This document shows positions 40,530 to 62,158 of a DNA stretch of 64,000 nt, one piece after another. How positions within the stretch are numbered: the first letter of the stretch is position 1; each line of letters begins with the position of its first letter. The DNA comes from Phoronis australis (taxonomy: Eukaryota > Animalia > Phoronida). The DNA lies in contig NMRA01000081.1 in the NCBI GenBank assembly GCA_002633005.1, positions 65,625 to 129,624 of the forward strand. Reading direction: 5' to 3'. The translations under genes were made by a program, and so were the position numbers. The notes under the pieces were generated by a model that searched no databases, had not been told where the DNA came from, and saw only the letters and a list, made by a program, of their open reading frames with translations.

Positions 40530-41405
40530 GTGATGAGCAAAACTAACTGGGCAGTGTAAAATTTCGAGGTCTATGTCTGCCAAACCTACAGAAGTTCCTA
40601 GCCGTATTTTGACCCTAGTCTTCAGACATGAACAGTCATAAACTTCTGATCACTGCAGGAGAGCAGACGCGATGCCGATGGAATGGATAGTGCAGCTTTG
40701 CACCGATGTGGGTAAAAAATTGGTAAGATAAAATCTGACACAAAGTTAGTGCTGTTAAAAACTACAGTCTTCATTGAGTAAACAAAATTATTTAACAGTG
40801 TTGGAAAAAATGGCGTTCTACCGTTATGCTGCTGCTAAAGTTGTGGAGCGATCTTTAGCGACGGCTTTCGGCGCCATGAAATATTGCGTCACCTATTGGC
40901 CAGTTTCTTTTTTCGTCGATTCTTCAATCAACTGCTGTTCTTTCACGAGCTTGCGTACACATCACAACAAATTATTGGAACTGATTTCACTTCATTACAA
41001 GCGTTTAGAATTTCGATATCGAAAAAACAAATTTCAGAACAAATTTTGCTTCTCCAAAGTTACTATCGCGAAAATTAGGAAATGGAGCGTGCGTGTGACA
41101 CGAGCGTATTGTTTTCAAAACGACGACATACTTTTCATTGTTAGAAAAGGCGGAGAGTTACGCAAGAAAATGACATTTATTGCACTGTTTTTCACTTAAA
41201 CGGCTGTAACGCTGGGCAAGGTGAGTATATCAGTTGATTCCCAGATTTTGCATGCACCCCGTCCGGTCTTTAGCTTTACATTTTGATACAAGTTTCACGG
41301 CGCGGTGACGAGCAGAACTACCCTGGCTGCGTGCAATTTCAGGGTCTACGGAAGAAATACACACAGTGGTACCTAGCTGTATTTTGACGACAGTCTTCAT
41401 ACAGC
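40530..41405. repeat. Diverged ~100-bp direct repeat pair
   Basis: tgatgagcaaaactaac..tttcgaggtctatg..ctagccgtattttgac..agtcttca (about 40530-40630) versus tgacgagcagaactacc..tttcagggtctacg..ctagctgtattttgac..agtcttca (about 41305-41405). Confidence 0.5.
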
Positions 41406-41613
41406 TAGCTGCTAGCTGGCTGACATGGCGCAGTTGACCTTACAAGTACTCACTTTAATTATGGTCAATAACAAACGCCGATATTAAAATTGCCTTGATA
41501 TCTAGTTAGACAGTTATCCTTTTGATTATAACCAGAGTGTATGAAATGAAAGTCACCACCGAATATGCTGTCAATTTTGTAGACCCCGGCTTCATTCAAA
41601 CACACTCATGGAG

Positions 41614-41647
41614 GCCGCCATTTTTTCTGGACACTTCAATGACGTCA
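41614..41647 (-). promoter_or_regulatory. Probable NUP50 core promoter within the NUP50/PHF21 divergent region
   Basis: YY1 consensus GCCGCCATTTT at 41614-41624 (AAAATGGCGGC on minus) and a full CRE TGACGTCA at 41640-41647. The NUP50 ATG exon has an acceptor at 39009, so a non-coding first exon is expected upstream. Confidence 0.55.
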
Positions 41648-42151
41648 GAAAAATTGCTTCGCCTTCAAAACAGGCACAAAGCAAAAAACACGGCTTAATA
41701 TAACATATTCCACCAAATAAGTAATATAACCATTGATCTTAATAAAAATGAAATTTAAAATTGGTTAATCAGTTTTACGGCCATTACAAGAGAATAAAGT
41801 GATCAGATGCACTTACATACGGGCATTTGTTCTATTATGTTGCCGAATCACTACCGCACTTTTTCTTTTTAATATGTAGACCACTGCAATAAATTCAGTT
41901 TTTAACCTTAATTATTCAAGGAAGATATGACATATGTCCACAATAGAGTAAAAAGTGACCTAAGTTGCATTATTAAAGAGAAATATGTGATTGGAAACTG
42001 GATCGATTAAGCTTTTGTATTCTTACGCGCTAAATGTTTTGTGGTATTCGTGTGTTTCGGGACAGGGTAGAATTTACTGTTTTTCCCAAGGAATATCGTA
42101 CTTTTATTTAAAAATCGTCGAGCAAACATTGGCCTCAGAAAATATCGAAGG

Positions 42152-51067
<8,916 letters not shown>

Positions 51068-53415
51068 CCCTATCAACACCCACAAGTTGGATGGTCGCCA
51101 TATTGTTATAGCAGGTGCTTGTTATTTGGTAACCAAAAATATTACATGGAACATGTGCTGTGTAGAAGTACTTTTCATTTTCTGTCTTGCATCGTAGATA
51201 ACAGAGAAATTTGTACACGAGAATGATTTATTTGGTACGAATTAGGAACATGTTGGTTAAAAACATTCAGTATTGTCGTGCAGCGGTGCATATTGTTGAT
51301 GATGTTTTGATTTGTGCAGTAAGTTAAATACACTGTGAGTTGTAATGTGGCCTGTTTCACTAAAGTCTCGTAGCTTCATGACTTTTCGAGGTTGTGCTGT
51401 AACTTAAAATTGCAGAGTAGATGTACCACAAAAAATAAAAGTGATAATTTTTCCTAATTTAGTTTAAGTTTGATTAAACTGCAGAAACAATTGACGCTGT
51501 TTAGTTGGCACAGATATACGTCATACTTTGGTTTCGTGGTATTAAGCTGGTTAGTGAAGTAGGCCAAAGGTTTGCGAAATAAATGTTGTTAATATTGTGA
51601 CCCAAGTCTGTGAGTGCTTGGTTGGTTGACACATCTGGAGTGTAAGTGCAATTTTTGTGTAAATAGTTGGGCTGCACAACATTGAATTATATTATTGGAT
51701 TGTCTATTGGCGGTAATGTTTACTTGAAATAAGTTTACGGTTTACTGCTGTTTGTACATTTTGAAATATATTTATTCATTACTGTTTTTGCAAGTGAATT
51801 CTGACATGTGCCTCATGGCATTCAGAAACTGTATTGTTTGTATTTAGCCCAACAAAAAGCATGAAATTGTCGGCAGAATTGTGTAAGTTCTGCGGATAAT
51901 GTTTGTGCTGGTGGAACTTCAGCAGGAGATGTACGATGTGAAGAAATATAGTAGTGGAGTGCAACAACCTCATTATTATTCATGTCTTAAAGCTTAGTCT
52001 AAGTGCAATATGTAAGGTATGTATCCATTTTGGCATAGTAGTTATGGCTCTTGTTGAATTGTTATGTTTTACGGTACACGCCGAAAGTATTGAGACGAAA
52101 TGACATGGAATTCATGACAGCTGGTTAGAAACTGAATTCTTTGTTTAACTGGCCTTTGCTTATGTCCGGAAATCAACAGGAAAGTTAGTAAGGGTGGCTG
52201 AGGCAATCGGTAATTACAATTTTGCCACCTTTTTATAATTATTACCTGTGATTTCTGCTGTTAACAGAATTAGCATCGTTGTAAACGATATTTTGTCTCT
52301 GATTACTTTAGTCGTGTACTGTTCGTTGTGACGTTCTGATACACACACGGTTCTCTCGGTGTTATACAGGTAGTGTTACTGGTTGTCTAGTCAAGCAAAC
52401 GGTATGGACATTTGTTATCAGAAGCATCATAGTGCATGCATGTTCTGTCTGGTTTTGAGTATTATGTCGCAAGAACGTGTTGGTGAAGCAAGTGCCTTGC
52501 GTAATATCACCTGTGCAGTAATGGGCTCAAATCTTTCACTTGGTTCTTGAAACCGAAATGAGTTAGAAAGCAGTAGGGGGTCAGATTGTCCAAGGGAATA
52601 TCTATATTCTTGATGAATATACAACTGCATACGTGTATGCTTGGACTATTCTGTTTTTTAGCGAAAAACACATTGGATGATTGTGTGATAATTCTCAGCT
52701 TTCTGAAGAAATAAATCAATTGTCGGTGTATAGGTGTCATAATGTCGCACTACTAACGGCTTTTGATTTCTGTCACCAGCAGTTACATTGTGTCTGTGTC
52801 CAATTTCACAGTTGTGGCACAAAGCCCTATAGGTTTGCAAGATGTAGCATAGTGTTGCCGAGTTCATGCATTCTCTGTTCATTTTGCATTATGGGTTTAA
52901 TAGTTTGGTGCATGACACAAGAACCAGTGTTTTTTTCTCAGCACTTACGTGACTATTGTCTGTGAATGAAATCTATTATGACAGTATATCCAATAGAGGT
53001 CACTGTGTATGTTAATATGAACATTTTGTCTACTACCATTTTTTGTGAATGTCATAAATGATTACAATATTTGTCACACTCAGCTTTGTTGAATGCCATA
53101 CTCGTCCTTGTTAACCATTTTCAGATAAATGCCCACCTCCAAAATTTGCAAATTTTCATTCAATTAGTGTCCACTTTTAATTTATGCCATCAAACACTCC
53201 TTGAAAGCACCCCGTGCTTGTGAAAGCCAGTTTTACCCAAATGTTGGCTCTCAAAACATACGAAAGTCGCTTACGTGTTTGAGTAACGAACAAGCACCTT
53301 TCAGTAATCGGGTAGGAAAATACCTGCACTGTCTTATGATAGGTTTAATTCGACTACACCCGAGTTGGACATTATTGTAGGTTCCTTGATCGATCGTTTA
53401 GGCAAGTGCTTACCC

Positions 53416-53652
53416 CAGGGCTTGGAGTTTTCCTCTCTTTTGGTTTCAATTTCTTCTTATTCGACTTTCAGATTTCTTTTTTTTTTGTCTGTTATCATTA
53501 ATTTGGTTTTATTCGGGCGAAAACATTTATTTCAGTTAAATTTTTCCACACTTAAAATATTTCTATCACACAAGCCTGTTTGCTTATGGAACGATAAATT
53601 ACCCGGAAAATTTTCCTCTTTTTTGTCATTGGTCCTGTCCTTCCAAGCCCTG
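53416..53652. mobile_element. Same MITE family, copy 2, downstream of the PHF21 stop codon
   Basis: CAGGGCTTGGA ... TCCAAGCCCTG termini and internal similarity to 45095-45319. Confidence 0.7.
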
Positions 53653-55636
53653 CTACCTATACTTCTCAAAAATGTTGTAAAACTTTACTTGGCTCAATGC
53701 TCTCCCAGATTTTTATTTTTCCCAATTAAGTGCCCCGATTGTTAGCACAGACGAGTATGGTAATTTCTAAAGTTCCAAAATTCAGAATTGCATTTACTTG
53801 GCTAGAAATTTATTTGTCCCAGTGCTGTAATACTATGTACTTAACAAGTCTTCAACTATTATTTGTTCAGTTTTTATTCTTGTGTCCCAATCAATTGAGG
53901 TGAGATAACCTATATTATTACATCCTGACTGTGAATGTAATGCCCACTCTTTGCAATACATTTTATGGACTGAAGACAATGTGACTCAATTGCTTGTTCT
54001 TGTATTATGTGAAACTAACCCTTTCTTAAAGGACGGTAGTACAAACTGAACATGGTTGAATTTTATATGCAACCTTGCTTTGTTTGAACTGAGGATTAAA
54101 CATTTTTCTCAAGAATAGACCTGAATAACCAAGCAACATTTAAGAATGAGTTCTTTAAAATTCGTTCCAATGTTCTGTTTTTTTTTTTGTTTTTTTTTTA
54201 TTTCATTTTAACTACAAGAAAGCAGTCCTACCAAATGGTGCTGTGATTTCTGCATTTTATAAAAATACACGTCAATACCCACTTCCCAAAATGCCTAAAC
54301 GCCTTATCTGATTCTGCAATATTTACCCAAAACAGTGTGCATCTGTATGGCTGTCATCCCATACCTATCGTGGGAACAGCCACTGTATGTCAAATACATG
54401 ATTGTCGCTTTAATGTAAGATGCAGCACCACCACAATGTAAAACATGTAAACAAAAATACTTCGAAATATGACTACCGGAAATGGTTATATTGAGAACTA
54501 AGGGTATTTTTGTACTGTTGTACGTTTCTTTAGCAAGGCGCAGAAATGTGACAGTTGACTATAATTGCAGAGAAACGAACTAAGAATGAATTTTTCGAGA
54601 CTGCACAAATGACTTGCAACCTTTGCATGTTGCACTGAACAAACACTTTTTCAACTACTACAGTCTTTGTTTGAAATTCAAAACAATTTTCACTTTGGAA
54701 AACAATTCACTTTTAATTAATACCCATCTTGTTGCAAAATCCCCAATTTCTGTGCTGAAGGTATACACTTGTTTGCGTTAAGTGCAAAAATTCTAAAAAA
54801 TCTCAGCAATGAGGGTCCTCTATGGCACCTTTGCTGACTTCACACAATGCAAAACACATTTTAGGATAACTGGAATGAGAAAAGCGCAAAGTAAAACCAT
54901 GCATGTCCTGGCACTTGTTTTACAATATTTTTGCAAACATTTAGAACATCCCATACATAGCTTACAAAATGTTCCATCTTGTTACTTAACCAACAATTAT
55001 ACCCTTCAGCTAACCAAAGACACTGACTGCATTACAATCCAAAAACATGTTCAAAGATTCCCTTTCAACTTGGCAGTTAGTAAAAATGCCACTTTGTAAA
55101 GTCCTTGGAATTTTTCATAAAATTTAATACTTCAAACTAAACATAAGAGACATTTCATGGGTACAAAAATAATATTTTGGAGCACCACATCACAAGCTCA
55201 CATAAATATGAATATTAAGACTTGCATGTATTTTAATCGAGTCTTGACTCCTACGATTTTGGGGTTGTCAGATTGAAGTAATGTACCTAAATATGGGACG
55301 GACCTACCAGGTAAATACTGGACATTTTATAAAACCTTACTTGAAGCCTCTGTGACAGGCTGAAAGAACATCACACATCAGAGAAAAGCAACATACATAG
55401 GCATTGTGTTAGCAACTTACCACCAACACAATTCAGTTAGTCTGTAGAGAACCTATAAAGGAATTACTGTACATTAAAGTCATTGTCCATTCAGGACCAG
55501 CATGCTAGTGATTCTCTGAACAACATGCAGAGCTCAGTGACCTTGCAACTGTGGTGATGACCAGCTACTTATTATTTCCTATATCTCTAACTTCACCTCA
55601 TGGATGAGCTGTATGTTGGCACTTCCTGTCTTCTGT

Positions 55637-55688
55637 ATATAATTATCCTGATGATGTTTAATGAATAAACGAAACGTTGAACTTATAT
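55637..55688 (+). ncRNA. Candidate minimal type I hammerhead ribozyme (Penelope-type)
   Basis: CTGATGA core at 55648-55654, one extra T, stem II GTTTA/TAAAC, then GAAAC-GTT with palindromic AACGTT. Bulged stem I is atataa..tc / ga..ttatat. Confidence 0.45.
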
Positions 55689-56200
55689 GAACTTTTTTAT
55701 TTGTGCGGCGATCGTTCGTTTTTTAATCTTACTATGGCCAAAAACTGATGTAATTAACAATATGAGAGATTTATGACATCAATTTCTGTTCCATTGCAAG
55801 GCATTCAACATCCATTATGAAATAAGACCACTACATTTCTGTCCCTCCATGACTGTACTGTGTCAGGAATGGTGCTCATTTTTAGCATAAGACCAGACTT
55901 CAATTGAACTCCTTTGATCTTTGATTGATTGTCAGAATTCAGCCTAAGACAGCATGTGCCCAATAGCTTCACTTTAAAGAGGTCCACCTTTAACACCCCC
56001 AAAATGCAGGCAACATATGGAAAATGCAGACTAAATTGACATGCTTTTGAACACCTGAAATACAAGGCATGAAATGACTAGATAATTTGATCACAATCTT
56101 TTGTCAAATATAAAACATTGGAAGACATGATACCTGGTATAGGACTAATCACAAAAATGGCGATTTTCCATCTAAGAACAAGTCCTTGAAACCTTTGTGT

Positions 56201-56600
56201 AAAAATCCCTTAATATGCTTGTACAACATCTCATACTGAATATTAAGTTCCGTTAATAATAAATCAATATGTCAGACAAATTCTAATCAAGCTTACAAAT
56301 CAATTCTAATTCAAGTACGGAACAACAAGAGGCTAATTTCTCAACATGAAAATCCTAAATCAAAACTTATTTTGACAAAAAACATGGACTTATTACCCCT
56401 TTAACACATTAGTGTCTTATAAGTGCACTTTAAGAAGGCTGTCCTTGTCATAACTGTCTTAAAAGACAGTCGGCAGAAATACTCAAGCACAGGTCAATGT
56501 AAAAATTAAACATAAACAAAATGGAAATATTACACTGTCTAAAAATCCCTTATGCTTGAAACACATCTCATACTGAATATTATGTTTTAATAAAACAATA
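56201..56600. repeat. Local diverged direct repeat
   Basis: aaaaatccctta..tgcttg...catctcatactgaatatta at about 56201-56246 and 56541-56583. Confidence 0.65.
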
Positions 56601-57980
56601 TGCCATAAATAAGATTTAATTATAAACCATTTAAGTATGTAATTTTAGCAGAAGCCAGGACTATTCATTTATCAAGTTAACAGCTTCCACTGTGACCTCC
56701 AATCATAGACATCTTAATACTATAGCTGTGATGTCTATGCCTCCAATTATTTACCATAGTAAAACCTTCAAAAGATAACACCATAAAATGATGCATCAGA
56801 ACTCACTTAAGAACATATACAATTATTGTCATTTTCGTGAGAGCACAAAATGTGTCACTTTCCCCAACTGTCCTCCCTCCTCGCAAAAGTGCACAAAAGA
56901 GTATAATCTGATATTATCATTATTGTTATCTTTAGTCACCATTCTCCACGTACTTTTGGTGTAATAAATGAGAGGTCGACTGTGTTTTCGGACCACTATC
57001 ATTATAACCCCCTGCAACAAGTCTCGCCCCCTCTACCTCACTACAGCGTACGTTTTGTAAACACACGAAAATGACGGTAACTGCGGATTGTCAACAACTT
57101 TCTTAAACGCTCAGCCAAAAGACATTAAAATGTTCGAGGTAAAATGCATGAAAAGATACATGTACACATTCAAAATACTGTTTTGTGAAATGTCACGCTT
57201 CAGTGCATTTTAACTGCCCTCATTGACCTTTTCAACAGAAAGTGATTCGTTCATTAAATGTCAGTGAAGGCAGACAAAGCAGCTTAAAGAAAAAATGCTA
57301 CCCTTTTGTAAAACAGTATAATATGCATGTAGGCCTCTGCCCTTAAACGTGAAGTAGCACGTATATCTGAATTTAGGCACATGAGCCTTTATGGGAAAAA
57401 CTATAGTAAAACAATCAAGAGCAACTTTTGAACAGCACATGAGTGATGGTTGATTTATCTGTTACATAACTATTTCAGCTTAGTCAACACACTGCATGTC
57501 ACATACAACTTTGAATCGACTTCGAACATGACGATTGCAATTTGCAGTTACAGTGGTCCAAAAGTCACATATAACTTCTTCAGCGTCAAACAAATGTCGG
57601 AGCAAAATTGTATGCACTGTATTCCAACCTATAAGTCTTGTACAAATTTTTAGCTTGAAAAATTAAGTTAGAACATCTCTCTCTACATTCCAATTAGTCA
57701 CATACAATAGTTGATCACAAACTTTTATATGGCTGTGTGTAGACAGACTGATCAAAAGTCAAACAAAAACAATACCTTGAAGGTTCAAATTTACACCCAC
57801 ATGAATGTGCTTATGTGCAGAATTTAAGCAAATGCAATGTTTTGAACAATGTATAATTTCAGATACAGGTACAACAACCCAAGTATACAGCTATAGTATA
57901 CGAAACAAGAAGCAAACTTCATAAACCAAAATACTAACCAGACATGAATATTCGCCTGATGCTCTTTTCTTACTCTGCGA

Positions 57981-58114
57981 CACACTATGCTTAAATGCAT
58001 TGCAATCACATGTACAAATTATACACACTATGCTTAAATGCATTGCAATCCCATGTACAAATTATACACACTATGCTTAAATGCATTGCAATCCCATGTA
58101 CAAATTATGCACAC
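57981..58114. repeat. 43-bp tandem repeat, 3 copies
   Basis: cacactatgcttaaatgcattgcaatc(a/c)catgtacaaattata repeated three times. Confidence 0.95.
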
Positions 58115-59112
58115 AAAAACCAATAAAGGTTTGGCTAATAAGCCACACAATTCATAATATAATGCAATAGAACATTAGACTTATCTCCTCAAATGCTGAG
58201 TGAAAAATAAATTAAATTAGAAATAAATACTGTAACAGTTACTGTATATTACTTCTTCAGCTACTTAACACATAATATGGCAGACAAGTGAAATTTCATT
58301 TTTACATAATTCTCAACATAACATTAAGAAAGTTTCAGTTGATGATTAGTTGGTACTATACCCATGTCATAAAATGTTACTTGCAAGTTTGTATCATTTG
58401 CTGCAAGGTCACCAGCCTTTGGAAATTAGAAAAAGAAAAACACCCATGCGGTCCAAACAATTCCATAGCCACACCCCAAAATTTCAGCTTCAATCCTCCT
58501 AAACTTCGGCCCCAAGACCAGCAAGCACCAAACCAACGCCCCTCAACTCCACACATGGACCGACAACGCTCCATACCCAGTGGCTGAACTCCATACCTGG
58601 GGACCAAATCCCCCCCCCCCCGGACTATNCCCGGACTATCAATTAGGTATGAAGGGGTACGGAGTTTGGTGAATGGGGCACAGGGTCTAATCTCCCAACT
58701 AAAGATTGGACTTGAAACTTAACCAGCTACGCCGCATGATTAGAGTAAGAATTTGTAAGTTGCCGCAAAACTTGCCATGGAATCTGTCAATTTTCGAGTC
58801 ATGTTTGAAGTACAGAGACTAGATCTCGGGTTGAGATTTGGCGCCGGTATTTTCAGAGCACGTGAAGTCTCTAGGGGTGCAGGCATGGATGTAACATAGT
58901 GGGTTTGGTGCTTTTTGGTCTGGGACTGGAGCCCAAGGTATCATACAGTGAAGCTGGAATTTAGAGGCATGACCATGGAATCATTTACTACGTCCTGAAT
59001 TTTGACCTCTGTTTCAGTGGGAAATAATGAAAAATTACCAAACAGTTTTGAGCGAGAGAGTTATCATACACGGTCTTAAAGCTTTCAACTGTAAGATAAC
59101 CTGATGAAATTG

Positions 59113-62100
59113 TCAAATTATCTGTTCAACATGAACGCGGCGTCTATCTCGAATATGTTGCAGCATCTCTTGTCTAGTGAATACTGCCGTCTTGATGCAG
59201 TGGTAGCCTATCACTCCAAAGATGGCAGCACATATGATGTAGGATTGCACTGCGCCAGTGTAGTGTACGACGTATCCCATGAATGCTGACAGGACCACCT
59301 GAGACAGGAAGTAGGCACTGTCTATAACAGCAATGTTACCTGCTGTGTCGTCCTCCATTGGCTTTGTATTGGGGTCAGAGTACTTCTCATAAAAGAAAAG
59401 CTGAAATGTGTAAAGTTATTGGCTTTATACTGGCGTCAGAATACTTCTCATAAAATAACAGCTGAAATAAGGGAAATTAAATCTTAAATCCTGAGTTTAA
59501 AAAAAATTTAATATAACTCTTATTGATTCAAGTACGAGCAAAATCTTCATGACTGAAATGACTCTGTGCTCTAGTATTAGCTGACTTAATTACCTCCCCT
59601 GTGTACGTTCCTCCTACTTAGTACTATGCAGTTAAATCTCAATGTAACTAAGTGTCGAGGCTTTGTGAAACTCTGTACTAGTTTCAAATTTTTGTACTAT
59701 TTTATGCTTTTGATTGGTATTAGCAAACTTTTCAGATATATCGTTTCGATATGGTATTTGACATCCTTAAGAACTTGCTCATAAATTGGAAGGCAGTCAA
59801 GAGAGACATTGCTCTGCAACTGTGACTTAACAGTCCAAAAACTTTCATTTTTTATTATATTTTCTGGGATAAAAATTTCTTATATGAAAATTTCAGAAGT
59901 AGGTTTGAGATATTTAGAATAAAGAGCTTGTACTAGCGTTTTTAGTATGGAAGAAAATCCTCCAAGGATCCCAACTGATGTTGGAGCAGACGTCACGTGA
60001 TCAGTTTAATCAGTACAAGCATCATGATACAAATCATCCGCACATATTTGACAGACGTCTGATATCTTTGAAATGTTTTGTATTTCTCATCGGTACCAGG
60101 GCTCGACGATTAGCATAATGCCAACTTGCCAAGTGTAACCTGGCAAAATGCCAAGGTCACCCAATAGGAACTAAGGTTTCCAAGCCTCATTGAAAACAGC
60201 TGAAATGAAATAAACGAGATACCTGAAATGAAAAACCGGCAAACTCAGCCGGTGTACCCAAGATCGACGAACGGCATTTTTTGTTCAAACAGAAAATTAG
60301 GAATGTCTTGAGTGCTTGGCAATGGCCTATTTCCCACTAACGGCCCAAATATTCCGTACACACGCCCTTCTGATTTTTGCCAAACGATTCCGACTTCTGA
60401 CTGTTAACTTCCTGTAGTATTTTGAGTGCACACTCGATTGTGGCACAGTGGTTTCCTAGTGACCTAGGATTTTAACCAGGTCGCCAAACAAAATCTGAGG
60501 TCACCTTGGTGAGCTGCAGGTCACCAAATTGAGCCCTGAGAATAAAGATACCTAAACACCTAAACTACAAGTAAAAACTTCCAAATGAATCAAATTAATA
60601 GCACCAAACATTTTTATACACTCATTTCAAAGTGGACCCAGGCAAGCTAGACATTTTGTAGTTATACAGCACCTGACAATAAGAAAAGATTAGAATAAGA
60701 TCTGATGTAAATTTCACAAAGATAACGTACCTGAGGTTCTTCCAGATACAAGGTGATTACTGAATAAGGGATGGTAGTGAACACCGCATACCCAAACCCT
60801 GTAACACAGGCCATGAGGGTAACCATAACGATATTGTCGTCAGCCAACAGCATTAACACCATGGCAACTGTGAACGACGTGATACCATAGAACATCACCT
60901 TCTTGAATCCGAATCGGTCCGTGAAGCGGTTCATCAAAGTTGCAAAGATACCAGACATGACACAGTGCAGAAACAGTCCCCATGAACCCATGCGCACACC
61001 TTCGTCGTACAGCCTGAGCTGTGTGGAACCACGCGCAGCATTAGGGTTACCTTTGTAGACGTGCTGCCCAACATAGTCTGTGTAAAACAGGTTAAAGCTA
61101 TATATGCTGGTCCAGCTGAAGAATTCGATGAGTACCATAACTTTAAGCACATACGGAAGGTCTAGTTGGCGTTGAGCCGCAGTGGGCAGTTTACTGTAGA
61201 TCCATGACATCAGCACCCAAACAAATTTCTGGCACACGGCAAATTTTTCTGAGTAAAACTGTACAATGCGTTCACAGCTGGAGGACAATAAAGAGCGTGC
61301 TTTGGAGTAACTGGATTGTTTAGTCAGGGTGCGCTTGGTTGGCGTCAGGTGTTCTTCCATACCAGTGTCGTATTCTAACTTGTAGCTATCATCTATCTCT
61401 TCAACACCATCACTGGACCCCTCCGTCTCGTAGCCTGGATCAGCCCCATTGGACGACACAGTTACTCCTGTCACACTAATCCTTATGTGGGGAATTTCTT
61501 CGACAGCTGCCAGTGTTATGCACAGCGTCAGTACAAAAAACACTATTAAAATTGAGAATGCCGACTTCTCCTGATTTCCAAACAATTCCGAGACGGTCGT
61601 CTTGTTCCAGTCTAGAGAGGTAATAAGGTACCCTATGCAACCACCTATGTTGATCATGACAGCGTACACCTGAAAACACTGTTCACTCTGCGATGTCTTT
61701 CTACAAGCGTCTGAAAGCATTGCCTCACAAGGGTTAAATAACGCTTGACTGCCGAAATCGAGTAGCACGACCCCAACTGCCAAGCATGCTGCTCCTATCA
61801 AAGTGCTTGTCGAGGATTTACCAATTAAGTACAAGGCGCACTCTTCTCCGTACGGAATGAGAATAAGAGAGAGCAGAATGATAACACTTAGGCCGAATAT
61901 AAATGGCCGCCTGCGACCGAACCGGCTATGACACCTGTCACTCCATTTTCCAATCACGGGCACCAGACACATGCCCAGAAGTGGTCCAAGACCCATAAGA
62001 ATGGTCATGTTCTGCTCGGCAAATCCAGCCTTAAGCAACATGGGTGGAATGTATGTGAAGCCCGCGCTGGCACACAGCTCCGCCCCGCACACAACAGCGT

Positions 62101-62158
62101 TGAGCAGTATGATTTGTATTAGGGTCATGTGACGCTTTGTCTCTGGCCTGTCGTCCAT
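59113..62158 (-). CDS. SLC45A3: Solute carrier family 45 member 3 (prostein-like MFS sugar transporter), 571 aa
   Basis: Exons 62158-60731 and 59400-59113, phase 0. Motifs AGFTYIPPMLL, SDRCHSRFGRRRPFI, LLDF, PCEAMLSD, LFYTDYVGQHVYKGNP, YDEGVRMGSWGL and IDSAYFLSQV match SLC45A3. The ORF-track start at 62191 is a GTG directly after an in-frame TAA, so the ATG at 62158 (aagATGG) is preferred. Confidence 0.93.

Noticed and set aside
40774-41199. 141-aa ORF between NUP50 and PHF21
   Set aside because: No recognisable motif. It lies in repeat-like sequence antisense to the probable NUP50 intron 1.
60097-60538. CAGGGCTC...GAGCCCTG possible MITE in the SLC45A3 intron
   Set aside because: Only 8 bp of inverted match and no TSD. 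It may be ends of unrelated elements.
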